A stretch of 64,000 nt of DNA from the NCBI GenBank assembly GCA_046583355.1, contig JAYGCM010000063.1:69103-133102 (forward strand). The letters are read 5' to 3'. Under the pieces are notes generated by a model that worked only from the letters and a program-made list of their open reading frames with translations, was not told the DNA's origin and did no database searches. The position numbers were made by a program, and so were the translations under genes. This DNA is from Deltaproteobacteria bacterium (GTDB taxonomy: Bacteria; Desulfobacterota; Binatia; UBA12015). This document shows positions 47,893-58,203 of this stretch, piece by piece. Position 1 is the stretch's first letter. The number at the start of each line of letters is the position of its first letter.

Positions 47893-48957
47893 TCAGCGTT
47901 GCAGCAGGTCCAGGGCCGCTTCGGCCTCGGACATGATCCGCGTGATGAGCTCCTGGCAGGTCGGTCGGTCGTCAATCACACCCGCGACCGAGCCGCTCGG
48001 CAGATAACCACCGACGGGATCTCCTTCGCGCATGGCGCGGCGCGCCAGCATGGGAGCGTTGGCAGCGAGCAATATCTGGCTGCGGGAGAGCCCCTCGTTC
48101 TTGCGCATCGCAAGCCCGGATTGAAGAAGCTGCAGGACCGAAGCTCCCGAAATTTTGCGAAAGGCAAGAGCGTTTTGCAATGCGAAGACGAGCCGGGCGG
48201 GTCCGCTTTTGGTCTCCAATTGCCTCACCAATTCATTGATGACGACTCGCTGCGGCATGCCGTCGATTTCGGAGGTGATGATGATATCCTTGAGGCCGGC
48301 CTTGAGGTAGCGCTCGGTTGTGACCTCGGGGACCGGGCTCTCTTTGGTCAGCAAGAAGCGCGTGCCCATCGCCACACCGGCAGCACCCCAGGCCAATGCA
48401 GCGACCAGACCGCGGCCATCTTTGAAGCCGCCTGCGGCTACTACAGGAATGTCCACCGCATCGACGCAGGCCGGCACCTGCAACGAGGTCGGAATGGTGC
48501 CGGTATGACCGCCCCCCTCGCCGCCCTGCACGATCACAATATCGGCACCGAGCTTTTCGGCCTTCTGCACATGGCGCGGCGCGCCGCAGGTCGGAATGCA
48601 GAGGACATGGCCCGCTTTGAGCTTCTGGATCAATGCAGCGTTCGGCGCGCGGTTGTAGCCCGCCGCCCGGACCTCATGGCGCAGCACCATCTCGACGATT
48701 TCCTCGGCCCCGGGTGCGTCCATCAGAAAATTGACGCCGAAGGGCTTGTCGGTGAGCTCCTTCGTCTTGCGAATCGCCGCCTCGACCTCGGGCAGGGGAA
48801 GAGCCGCTGCCGCGAGAAAGCCGAATGCCCCGGCGTTGCAGGAAGCCGCTACCAACTCGGGCGTGGCGACCCAGCCCATGCCCGTCTGGAGGATCGGAAA
48901 TTCGACTCCGAGAAGGTCACAAAGGCGCGTATGAAGAGGATTTCCAGCGTCGGCCAT
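47893..48957 (-). CDS. Nitronate monooxygenase/FabK-like flavoprotein (IpdC-like)
   Basis: QTGMGWVA, QGGEGGGHTG, AAGG..DGRGL and MGTRF motifs. Confidence 0.88.
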   Translation of the reverse strand: MADAGNPLHTRLCDLLGVEFPILQTGMGWVATPELVAASCNAGAFGFLAAAALPLPEVEAAIRKTKELTDKPFGVNFLMDAPGAEEIVEMVLRHEVRAAGYNRAPNAALIQKLKAGHVLCIPTCGAPRHVQKAEKLGADIVIVQGGEGGGHTGTIPTSLQVPACVDAVDIPVVAAGGFKDGRGLVAALAWGAAGVAMGTRFLLTKESPVPEVTTERYLKAGLKDIIITSEIDGMPQRVVINELVRQLETKSGPARLVFALQNALAFRKISGASVLQLLQSGLAMRKNEGLSRSQILLAANAPMLARRAMREGDPVGGYLPSGSVAGVIDDRPTCQELITRIMSEAEAALDLLQR

Positions 48958-49085
48958 ATCTCAACCAGATCTAGCGGAATCGTGCGATAGCTTCATCGTG
49001 CCCGCGCGCGAGCGGTGGCATGCGGTGCCAGCCGCCGGCCCCGGGCTCCCTTTCTTTCGGCTCTGAGGTCAGCAAAAGTAGCCGA

Positions 49086-52000
49086 ATGAGGATTCTGCGC
49101 TCTGCTCCGCTGGTTGTTCTTTTCTCGCTTATCGTCAGCGCCTGTAGCCAGCCAATCCCGGAGCTGCCGGTCGATGCCCCCAGCGTCCTGGTGTTCACGA
49201 AGACCGCCGAATATCGACACGAGAATATCGAATACGGCCTTGAGGTTCTCGAGACGGAGAGCCGCCGTCGCGGCATCCGTATCGAGGCCACCGAAGATGC
49301 CGAGCGTTTCACCCGCGAAGAGCTGAGTCGCCACCGCGCCGTCGTCTTTTTCAATACGACGGGTGACGTACTCGACGATACCCAGCAGCAGGAACTCGAG
49401 CGCTATATCCAGGCCGGCGGCGGTTTCGTCGGTATTCATGCCGCGGCCGATACCGAATGGAAAGAAAATTCATGGCCTTGGTACACGCGCCTGGTTGGCG
49501 CGGCCTTCCGTTCCCATCCCAATACCCCTTCCAACGTACAGAAAGCCAAGGTCCGCCTGGTCAACCCGAATAGCCCCGCCACCGCGACCCTGCCCGAGAG
49601 CTGGGAGCGCGAAGATGAATGGTACGACTACCAGCGCTTCTCGCAGGACGTCGATATTCTGCTGCGGGTCGACGAGTCCACCTACGAAGGCGGCATCTCA
49701 GGCGAGAGCCATCCGATCGCGTGGCAGCGCAAATTCGATGGCGGACGAAGCTTCTACACCGGCCTCGGCCATACCGAGGAGAGCTTCGATGAAGATCTCT
49801 TCCTCGACCATCTTTTCGGCGGGTTGCGTTTCGCCATGGGCGACGGCAGCGGCGCGCCCCAACTCGATTACACAAAAAGCGCGCCGCATCGTTGGCGCGT
49901 CATGCAGGAAAAAATCACCACCGGCATCGGCGAACCCATTGCGATGGAGTTCACGCCCGAAGGCGATCTCTATATCGTCGAGCGCAACGGCCGCATCGGC
50001 CGCTGGGATGCCACTTCGGGGACGGTCGTGCCCGCAGGCGAGTTGGATGTCTACAGCCAAGCCGAGAACGGGTTGATCGGCATCACCTTCCCGAGCGACT
50101 TCAAAAAGACGCACTACGGCTACCTCTATTATGCGAGCGATACCGGCGCGCGGCCGGAATACCACCTTTCCCGCTTCGAGTTTCGCGATGGCCAGGTCGA
50201 CCTGGACAGCGAGAAAGTCCTCCTCCGAATACCGATCGACCGCGGCGATACCTGCCACGAAGGAGGCGATATGCAATTCGATGCGGCCGGCAATCTCTGG
50301 CTCTCGACCGGAGATGACTCGAACCCGCACGGCATCGGCGGCTTCGCGCCGATCGATCCCGACCCGGATAACTCGATCCAGAACGCGCTGCGTTCCGCCG
50401 CGAACTCGCAAGATCTACGCGGCAAGATTCTACGCGTGCACCCCGAGGCCGACGGCTCCTATACGATTCCCGCAGGCAACCTCTTCGGCCCGGAGGACAA
50501 CGCACGTCCGGAAATCTACGCCATGGGCCTCCGCAACCCCTTCCGGTTTTCTTTCGATGACCGCACGGGCATTCTGCATTGGGGCGAAATCGGCCCTGAC
50601 GCGAATGACGACGACGAGACACGCGGACCGCGTGGCTACGACGAGGTCAACCGCACAACCAAGCCCGGCTTCTTCGGCTGGCCCCTCTTCATCGCCGGAA
50701 ACCGGCCCTACCTGCCGTGGAATCGCTCAAGCGGCGAGGCCGCCGGCCCCTTTTTCGATCCCACCGCGCCGCGCAACGACTCGACGGCGAACTCCGGCGT
50801 GCGGGCACTACCCGAACCGCAGCCATCCTGGATCGCCTTCCCCTATATGATCGACGAGGAGTTCTTTGAGCTCTCCCGTAAAACCGCCGCCAAATCCGGC
50901 CAGCGCTCCGGCCGCAGCGTGCTGGCCGGCCCGGTCTATTATTCCGACAAATTCGCGAACCATGCCTCGGCTCTACCTTCGTATTATGACGGCAAGCTGC
51001 TGCTCTACGATTTCATCCGCGAGTGGGTGGTTCTGGTCGAAGAAAACGAGGACGGTTCCGTGCGCAAGATCGAGCCGCTGGGCGATCTCGACCTCAATGC
51101 GCCAATTGACATGGCGATCGCACCCGATGGCAGCATCTGGGTCCTTGAGTACGGTTCGATATGGTTTTCGGACAACGACGACTCCGGGCTCTCGCGAATC
51201 TCGTATTTCTCCGGCGACAACCCACCGCCGGTCGCCGTCGCTACCCTCGACACCAATGTCGGCGCCGCACCGCTTGCCATCGCCTTTGACGGCACGGGCT
51301 CCTTTGATCGCAACCCCGACGATGAGCTGAGCTATAGCTGGACCCTGCACGATGCGGCCGGCGAATCCCTTTCGCTGACCGAGGCCGCCGCTTCGTCGCT
51401 GGTCGTCAGCGAGCCCGGCATTTACCAGTTGGAATTGGCGGTCACCGACACCGCCGGCAGCCGGTCCATCGCACGCCACGAACTCCGGGTCGGCAACGCG
51501 CCGCCTGTGGTGAAGATCGCGCTCAAAGGCAACGGTTCCTTCTATTCCGGCGGCTCGGTGGACTATCGCGTCGAGGTTCAGGACACAGAAGACGGCAGCA
51601 CTGCCGATGGCGGCATCCAAGCCGCCGCCGTGCAGGTCGAACTACTCTACGCCCCCGCCGGCTTCGAGCCCGTCGGCCACCAGGAAGCGGCGCAAGGCCT
51701 CGCGGCGCTGGCCGACAACGGCTGCACCGCCTGCCATGCGAACGACCAGGATTCGGCCGGACCCGCCCTATCGGCAATCGCTGCGCGCTATGCCCAAGAT
51801 ACGAGCGCCCGGACGCGCCTCGCGGCCAAAGTGATCGCGGGCGGCGGCGGCAATTGGGGGACGCGCGATATGCCTGCCAATTCTCATTTCACGAAACACC
51901 GCGCCGAGGAATTGGTAGATTGGATCCTCGGGCTCGCACCCGACCGGGTGCAACCAGCCGGCCTGCCGCTGACCGGCACCATCGTATTCGACCAACACGC

Positions 52001-52577
52001 CGACACATTTGAGCAAAACGAAATCATGGGCGATCGCTCGCCTGCGCAATACCGCCTTGTCGCGAGCTACCGCGACCGCGGCGGCGAGGTCATCGGGTCG
52101 CTGGGCCACGACGCTACGCAGACCTTCGTTCACCCCAACCGCAGCGCCGCGTTCTTCGACGAGGCCGAAGGAACACTCAAAGTCTTCGCACCCGAAGGCC
52201 CCTTGGTGCCCGACGCATTAGCAGGGGAAGCCCTTCTGGTAGCCACCCGCACCGGCGGCTTCGCCCGCTACGAGGGCATCGACCTCAGCGGACTCGACAA
52301 TCTGCGGATCATCGGCTCCGCTCTCTCGGCCTTCATGAGTGGGGGCATCATTGAGGTCCGCCTCGATGAAATCGACGGCCCTCTTCTGGGCAGCATGACC
52401 CTCGAAGCGACTCTCCTCGGCAAGCAAATCACCGCGGATATACCGCTCGGTACCAAAGGCGGCGTACACGATATTCTGCTTGTCTTTCGTGCATTGCCCG
52501 GCGACGAGGAGGCCGACCAAGGCGGCGCTCTCTTCGGCCTGCTGAATATGGACTTCAGCGCGAAAAAGCAGAACTGA
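49086..52577 (+). CDS. Lipoprotein fusion: ThuA-like + GSDH-type beta-propeller + PKD + cytochrome c + CBM6-like
   Basis: VSAC lipobox; GGGFVGIHAA.DTE; GKILR, EIYAMGLRNPF; CTACH heme motif; IEVRLD..DGPLLG. Confidence 0.85.
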   Translation: MRILRSAPLVVLFSLIVSACSQPIPELPVDAPSVLVFTKTAEYRHENIEYGLEVLETESRRRGIRIEATEDAERFTREELSRHRAVVFFNTTGDVLDDTQQQELERYIQAGGGFVGIHAAADTEWKENSWPWYTRLVGAAFRSHPNTPSNVQKAKVRLVNPNSPATATLPESWEREDEWYDYQRFSQDVDILLRVDESTYEGGISGESHPIAWQRKFDGGRSFYTGLGHTEESFDEDLFLDHLFGGLRFAMGDGSGAPQLDYTKSAPHRWRVMQEKITTGIGEPIAMEFTPEGDLYIVERNGRIGRWDATSGTVVPAGELDVYSQAENGLIGITFPSDFKKTHYGYLYYASDTGARPEYHLSRFEFRDGQVDLDSEKVLLRIPIDRGDTCHEGGDMQFDAAGNLWLSTGDDSNPHGIGGFAPIDPDPDNSIQNALRSAANSQDLRGKILRVHPEADGSYTIPAGNLFGPEDNARPEIYAMGLRNPFRFSFDDRTGILHWGEIGPDANDDDETRGPRGYDEVNRTTKPGFFGWPLFIAGNRPYLPWNRSSGEAAGPFFDPTAPRNDSTANSGVRALPEPQPSWIAFPYMIDEEFFELSRKTAAKSGQRSGRSVLAGPVYYSDKFANHASALPSYYDGKLLLYDFIREWVVLVEENEDGSVRKIEPLGDLDLNAPIDMAIAPDGSIWVLEYGSIWFSDNDDSGLSRISYFSGDNPPPVAVATLDTNVGAAPLAIAFDGTGSFDRNPDDELSYSWTLHDAAGESLSLTEAAASSLVVSEPGIYQLELAVTDTAGSRSIARHELRVGNAPPVVKIALKGNGSFYSGGSVDYRVEVQDTEDGSTADGGIQAAAVQVELLYAPAGFEPVGHQEAAQGLAALADNGCTACHANDQDSAGPALSAIAARYAQDTSARTRLAAKVIAGGGGNWGTRDMPANSHFTKHRAEELVDWILGLAPDRVQPAGLPLTGTIVFDQHADTFEQNEIMGDRSPAQYRLVASYRDRGGEVIGSLGHDATQTFVHPNRSAAFFDEAEGTLKVFAPEGPLVPDALAGEALLVATRTGGFARYEGIDLSGLDNLRIIGSALSAFMSGGIIEVRLDEIDGPLLGSMTLEATLLGKQITADIPLGTKGGVHDILLVFRALPGDEEADQGGALFGLLNMDFSAKKQN

Positions 52578-52659
52578 TCGGCTGACCTCATGCCGGTTCT
52601 ACTAGCGGCCCTGGTGAGCGATGCCGCCGGAAGATCGGTAGCGGCGCCCGGAGGCAGGC

Positions 52660-54285
52660 CTACTTTCCGACTGCGCCTTTGGCGACGAGATGGGCGGGGC
52701 GTTCGATGCGTTCGGTGGTGGCGAAACATCGTCGCAGAAGCGTCGCTTCGAATTGGTCGATTGTCACCCCCCAGTCGTGGCGTGCCATCTCGCGCGCGCC
52801 GGTGACCGCCAACGCGATGCGCGCCTCCGCATCGCTGGCGAGCGCGGATAGCGCAGCCGTGATCGACTCGGCATTCGCATCTGCAATCCGGCAGCCGGCG
52901 CCCTCTGGCATCACGTCGCGCAGGCCGCAGGCGTCGGTCTCGACCACTGCCGCGCCGCACGCCATCGCTTGCAAAGGCACCCAGGAGATCTTCTCCGAAA
53001 GCGAGAGCGAGAGAAGGATATGCGCGCGGTTCATCTCGCGCGCCAACTCTTGGCGCGACGGAATCCCGATGCAGGTATGCGCAAAGGGCACGCGGCCCAG
53101 AGTCTCTTCCATCGCCCCGAAAAGCACGATTTCAGCCTCAGGGAAGCGCGCGTGAAATTGCGCCAGAGCTTCGATCCCCAGAGCGTAGCCGCGCTGGCGA
53201 AGCTCAGGCCTCGCATAGAAAAGTACCCGCAAAACCGAGCCACGCTCGGCAGGTGGGGTCGCGACATGAAACGCCGCCGTCTCGATGCCCAAGTCCAGAG
53301 AGTCGACCGCCTGTCCGGTCCGTGCCGCGAGCCGCTCGGCCAGGCTCGCCCCCAAGGTAATCGGCTGGATCGGCAGACGATAAGCCCGATTGGCGCGGTG
53401 GTGGTAGCGATGGCCGGCTGCGTAATGGCCTTCCTCGAAGTCCTGAAAAAAGCGGAAGCGGAAGAGCGAGCGTGGGTCCTGAACAATACTATCTGCGGTG
53501 CGCCAACAGGTTGCGATCGTGGCGTCCGAGGGGCTGAAGCCGCGCCGGCCGATCATGGGTTCCACCGCCAAGGGACCGAAGTTGCGCTCGAGATAGTCGA
53601 CGATCTGGCCCGGCGAGAGCTCGGCCAGATGCTCGACCGGGTCCACGTAAACACGCACGCGGTGACCGCGACGGCCCATCTCGTTGGCAATCCTGAAAAT
53701 GGTTTGACTGCTGCCGCTGCGCTCGGCCAGAGGTGCTCGCATGACCCAATTGATCGCGAGCGATCGCCGCACGGAGGCCTGCGGCGCACGCCTGGCGAGC
53801 GCGTCGCGCAGGCCGCCGGGACCCGCCACGGGCGAAGCCGCAAGCTCGGCACCATCTACAATCACCAGGCGCCCGGCGTCCCGCGCACGCGTCAGGAAAT
53901 GCTGCATGGGCGCGTCTGTCGAGACGCCGTCCAGAACGAATACCGGGAAGGACTCAACCAACCGAGCGAAGTTCAGGCTTGAATGGCGCACGATGCTCGT
54001 GCTCACCCCGGCCGCTTCGAGAGACCAGGCCTGCGCGGCTACCCGCTCCTGGTGGCCCGAGGCACGGTCGCCGACGATAAAGAGCACGGCCGCTCGTTTG
54101 CGCGGTGCCCGCAGCGCGAGTCCCATGGGGTCGCAAACAGGATCGCCCACCACTCGGCGCAGCGCCGAGATCAGACCCGGCTTCGGCAGCCAGGGCAAGG
54201 CGATGGTGCGCGCGGCAGCGCTATCGAGCATCCGGTGCGCCCAATGGGCTCCGCGGGTGCGCGCGTTCATGGTCGGGATTAGCAT
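52660..54285 (-). CDS. GT4 glycosyltransferase, WsaF-like (start uncertain)
   Basis: DATIATCW.TA, FFQDFE, FYARP..RQRG and QAMACG motifs. Confidence 0.8.
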   Translation of the reverse strand: MLIPTMNARTRGAHWAHRMLDSAAARTIALPWLPKPGLISALRRVVGDPVCDPMGLALRAPRKRAAVLFIVGDRASGHQERVAAQAWSLEAAGVSTSIVRHSSLNFARLVESFPVFVLDGVSTDAPMQHFLTRARDAGRLVIVDGAELAASPVAGPGGLRDALARRAPQASVRRSLAINWVMRAPLAERSGSSQTIFRIANEMGRRGHRVRVYVDPVEHLAELSPGQIVDYLERNFGPLAVEPMIGRRGFSPSDATIATCWRTADSIVQDPRSLFRFRFFQDFEEGHYAAGHRYHHRANRAYRLPIQPITLGASLAERLAARTGQAVDSLDLGIETAAFHVATPPAERGSVLRVLFYARPELRQRGYALGIEALAQFHARFPEAEIVLFGAMEETLGRVPFAHTCIGIPSRQELAREMNRAHILLSLSLSEKISWVPLQAMACGAAVVETDACGLRDVMPEGAGCRIADANAESITAALSALASDAEARIALAVTGAREMARHDWGVTIDQFEATLLRRCFATTERIERPAHLVAKGAVGK

Positions 54286-54392
54286 GGTGGTCTCGGGGCT
54301 GGCCCAACTCACCGAGTTTCACCCGGCAAAAGGCCGCCCGCCTCTCTCCTGACTACCACGGCGACGCGTCATCTGTCATCTTCATCCCCGCG

Positions 54393-54557
54393 ATGCCGAG
54401 CCTCTGCCACAGTTGCTGCCATGCCCGGCAAATCGAATCCGGTAAGGGAAGCGTCTTCCTGCGTTGCGGGCTCTCGGATCAGGACCCGCGCTTCGTGCGC
54501 TACCCCCGCCTCCCGGTTCTACAATGCGAAGGATTCAAGCCCGCAGACGGGCAATGA
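54393..54557 (+). CDS. 54-aa Cys-rich putative metal-binding protein
   Basis: MPSLCHSCCHAR...VFLRC...YPRLPVLQC. Confidence 0.65.
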   Translation: MPSLCHSCCHARQIESGKGSVFLRCGLSDQDPRFVRYPRLPVLQCEGFKPADGQ

Positions 54558-55560
54558 CGACTGCGGCTGCGGCGTCATCGGCGGGGTCGGCCGGCATCGG
54601 GAAGGTGAGCCAACTCGTCAGGTCGCCGTACCAGTCCTGCAGAACCTGGGCGATCTCGTCGTAGGTGCCCTGCGGCACGAAGGCATCGAGCATCTCGTCA
54701 TCGACCAAGCCAGCCATCTCGTCCCATTTCCCCGCGCGCGTAAGTTCGCGCAGCGCGATACCGCAATCCTCCCAGCCGAAGAGTTCCAGGCTCTTCCAAT
54801 AGGCTGGCGTCGAATAAAGAAAGGCCAGCGTGCGGCGCGCCGCCTCACGCTCCTGGGCCACGATGGCCTTGGTCGGACCCGTCGCCACGCGGCAGCCCAC
54901 CATGAGGCGGAAGTCCGCAAGACTTCGCTGGCTACACGCGGCGCCGGCTGCCAGCCGCGCACCCAGTACCTCGCGCAGGTAGCGCGGCGCGGTATTGGTG
55001 GGATGCGTATTGAGACCATCCGCAATTTCACCGGCCAATGCCGTCATCCTAGGACCGACGCCACCCAGACGAATGGGCAAGGTCGGGTCCGCAAGCGGTT
55101 CGGGCCGGAAGAATGGCTGCATTCGCGAGAAGCTATAATTCTCACTCTCGAAAGCGAGCTTCGTGCCGTGCTGGAAGGTGTCGAAGATCGCACGGAGCGC
55201 ACCGATATAATCGCGCATCCGTTGCACCGGCGGCGTCCATGGCGTGCCATAGCGCCCTTCAATATTGCCCTTGACCTGCGAACCCAGACCGAGTTCAAAA
55301 CGACTGCCCGATAATTCCGCCAGATCCCAGGCCGCGATGGCAACCATCATCGGGCTGCGCGGGAACGCGACGACCACGCTGGTCGCTACATGGATTCTCT
55401 GGGTCGCCTGCAACGCAACACTCGCGGCCAGAAAACCGTCATGGACCGCTTCGGGAACATTCAGGCCATCATAGCCAAGCGCCTCGGCACGACGCGCATA
55501 GGCACCCAGTGCAGAGAGCGCCATTTGCTGATTGGTGCCGCAATATACCTGGAATCCCAT
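54535..55560 (-). CDS. F420-dependent LLM oxidoreductase (TIGR03617-like)
   Basis: EAVHD, AFPRSPM, AWDL and LGLGSQVKG motifs. Confidence 0.9.
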   Translation of the reverse strand: MGFQVYCGTNQQMALSALGAYARRAEALGYDGLNVPEAVHDGFLAASVALQATQRIHVATSVVVAFPRSPMMVAIAAWDLAELSGSRFELGLGSQVKGNIEGRYGTPWTPPVQRMRDYIGALRAIFDTFQHGTKLAFESENYSFSRMQPFFRPEPLADPTLPIRLGGVGPRMTALAGEIADGLNTHPTNTAPRYLREVLGARLAAGAACSQRSLADFRLMVGCRVATGPTKAIVAQEREAARRTLAFLYSTPAYWKSLELFGWEDCGIALRELTRAGKWDEMAGLVDDEMLDAFVPQGTYDEIAQVLQDWYGDLTSWLTFPMPADPADDAAAAVVIARLRA

Positions 55561-55578
55561 CGCGCTGCTCCCTGCTGC

Positions 55579-56877
55579 TCAGTCGAGGCGCTCGAGTACC
55601 GTGGAGATGCCCATGCCGGCACCGATACATTGGGTCGCCAACGCGTAGCGCCCGCCGCTGCGGCGTAGTTCGTGAGCGACGGTGCCGACCAGGCGCCCGC
55701 CGGTGGCCCCCAAGGGATGACCGATGGCGATCGAGCCACCATTCACGTTCACGTTCTCAGGCTTCAGACCGAGTTCCTGGATACACGGCAAGGCCTGCGC
55801 CGCGAAGGCTTCGTTGAATTCGACGCGATCCACCTGCTCGCCCGTGATCCCGGCCCGGCGAAAGGCCTTCTTCGACGAGACGATCGGACCAAGGCCCATC
55901 AACTGCGGCTTCACGCCGCCCACCGCGATACCGACAATCCGCGCAAGCGGCTCAAGACCCAACTCCAAGGCCTTGGCCTCGCTCATCAGGAGTGCGGCCG
56001 AGGCCCCATCATTGGTCGGGCATGAATTTCCCGGCGTGATGACAATTTCCTTGTCGGCAAAGCTCTTGATACCGCGCAGCGCCTTGAGACCGGCGAGCTT
56101 CTCGACAGTCGTGCCGGGACGGATGCACTCGTCGCGCTCGAAGGCGATGATCTCACCATGCTCAGCATCGAGCCAGCGCCCGTCATCATCATAAATGGGA
56201 TCTTCCACTTGGAGCGGAATGATCTCGTCCTTGTAGGCGCCTGCCGCGTAGGCCGCATCGGTCCTGCGATGGCTTTCGGCGGCAAACGCATCGAGAGCGC
56301 CACGCTCCAGGCCATAGACCTCGGCCACGTTCTGCGCCGTTTGCGGCATATTCTGCAGCCACGGCGTGTCGAGAATATAATCAGGAAACGCGACGGAGAA
56401 ATATTCGTCGTGATCCGGCGCCATGGCGCGCTGGCTCTCGTTCATCTCCCCGATGCGTCCCGACATCTTGGTCACGCGAGTTTCGCCGGCGCCACCGGCC
56501 AAGCCGCGGCCCATACGCTCGATCCCCATCGCGATCCCGCAATCGATATGACCGAGCTGGATCGACATGATGATGCGGTGCATCGTCTCCATGCTGGAGC
56601 CGCATTGGCGATTCGAATGGAAGCTGCATGCCTCCAGCGGAATACCGGCCAGACGCTGCACATTGCCGAGGTAGCTGAATTCGGTGCCGCGGCCCTGCAC
56701 GTTGCCGATGCCCACTTCTTCGATCAGCCCGGGCGAAACCTTCGCGTTACGTGCCAGCAGGGCGCGCAGCACCTGCTCGCCGACCTCGTCGAGGCGGGTC
56801 GCGACCAATTTCCCCTTGCCGCCACGGGCAAAGGGAGAGCGGGCGGCATCGACGAGCACAACATTGCGGGTTTCCAT
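55579..56877 (-). CDS. Thiolase (acetyl-CoA C-acyltransferase)
   Basis: NRQCGSS, NEAFAAQ, GHPLGATG and CIGAG motifs. Confidence 0.93.
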   Translation of the reverse strand: METRNVVLVDAARSPFARGGKGKLVATRLDEVGEQVLRALLARNAKVSPGLIEEVGIGNVQGRGTEFSYLGNVQRLAGIPLEACSFHSNRQCGSSMETMHRIIMSIQLGHIDCGIAMGIERMGRGLAGGAGETRVTKMSGRIGEMNESQRAMAPDHDEYFSVAFPDYILDTPWLQNMPQTAQNVAEVYGLERGALDAFAAESHRRTDAAYAAGAYKDEIIPLQVEDPIYDDDGRWLDAEHGEIIAFERDECIRPGTTVEKLAGLKALRGIKSFADKEIVITPGNSCPTNDGASAALLMSEAKALELGLEPLARIVGIAVGGVKPQLMGLGPIVSSKKAFRRAGITGEQVDRVEFNEAFAAQALPCIQELGLKPENVNVNGGSIAIGHPLGATGGRLVGTVAHELRRSGGRYALATQCIGAGMGISTVLERLD

Positions 56878-57023
56878 GGAAATCTCCCAAGCATACGAAT
56901 TCCGGACCTGCCCGCTTGTGAGACACGCGTCTTGCGTTAGCCTCAAGGTGCCCATCCGCCCCGGATGCGGCGCTCACCACCGACCGCACCGGCTCGGCTG
57001 GCGAGCAAGCAGGAGGACCACCA

Positions 57024-58193
57024 ATGGATCTCAAGATCTCCGAAGAAGACGAAACATTCCGCGAAGACTTGCACCGCTGGCTTGCCAAGGCCGTGCCCGA
57101 GCATGGCGAGCCGCCTGAGCGCAGCGAGTATGAGGCGCGGCGCGTCTACGACACCGATTGGCAGCGCAAGCTCTTCGAGGCCGGCTACGCAGGCATCACC
57201 TGGCCGACAGAATACGGCGGCCGCGGCCTGCCCCTGAGCCAACAGCTGATCTATTACGAGGAGACCGCTCGTGCGCGGGCGCCGTACGTCGGCACCAATT
57301 TCGTCGGCCTACTGCATGGCGGCCCGACCGTGATGGTCGAAGGCACGGACGCACAAAAGGAGCGCCACCTCGGGCCGATTTTGCGCGGTGAGCAGGTCTG
57401 GTGCCAGGGCTTCTCCGAGCCAGGCGCCGGCTCGGACCTCGCCAGCCTCACCTGCCGCGCCGTGCGCGACGGCGACCATTACGTCGTGAACGGCTCCAAA
57501 GTCTGGACCAGCTTCGCCCAGGTTGCCGACTATTGTGAATTGCTCGTCCGCACCGACCCCGATGTTCCCAAACACGGCGGCATCAGCTGGCTGATCATGC
57601 CGATGGATCTCCCGGGCATCGAGATCCGCCCCCTGCCGACACTGCTGGGCGAGAGCGAATTCAGCGAGGTCTTCCTCGACAATGTCCGCATCCCCATCGA
57701 GAACCTGGTCGGCAAAGAGAACGACGGCTGGCGCGTCACCAACGTGACGTTGCGCTTCGAGCGCGGCACGGCCTTCTCTGGTGCGATCTACGACCTCAAG
57801 GTCTGGGCCGAAGATATCGCCAAAGCAGCCGAGCTGGCCGGCACCCTGGACGTGCATACGCGGCGCCGCGTCGGACGCATGCGCGCCGAGGTCGACGCGC
57901 TTGGCTACCTGCTGCGCTATACGATCGCGCAGGCCGGCGAGAGCGGCGTACCGGGCGTTGGCGCCTCGGCACTCAAACTCTTCATGTCAGAGCTCAAACA
58001 AAATATGGGCGAGCTTTCCATGCAGGTACTCGGCCGCGCGGCACTCTCGCGCGTGGATGTCGGCGGCCTGCCGGCAGGCGAGTTCACCTTTGAGACCTTC
58101 CAATCTCTCGCCATGACGATTGCGGCCGGATCTTCCCAGATCCAGCGCAATATTGTCGGCGAGCGCATCCTCGGCCTACCGAAGGATCGTTGA
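57024..58193 (+). CDS. Acyl-CoA dehydrogenase (alpha subunit of a gene pair)
   Basis: WCQGFSEPGAGSDLA and TIAAGSSQIQRN motifs; AGGAGG RBS. Confidence 0.93.
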   Translation: MDLKISEEDETFREDLHRWLAKAVPEHGEPPERSEYEARRVYDTDWQRKLFEAGYAGITWPTEYGGRGLPLSQQLIYYEETARARAPYVGTNFVGLLHGGPTVMVEGTDAQKERHLGPILRGEQVWCQGFSEPGAGSDLASLTCRAVRDGDHYVVNGSKVWTSFAQVADYCELLVRTDPDVPKHGGISWLIMPMDLPGIEIRPLPTLLGESEFSEVFLDNVRIPIENLVGKENDGWRVTNVTLRFERGTAFSGAIYDLKVWAEDIAKAAELAGTLDVHTRRRVGRMRAEVDALGYLLRYTIAQAGESGVPGVGASALKLFMSELKQNMGELSMQVLGRAALSRVDVGGLPAGEFTFETFQSLAMTIAAGSSQIQRNIVGERILGLPKDR

Positions 58194-58203
58194 GGAGACT
58201 TCC

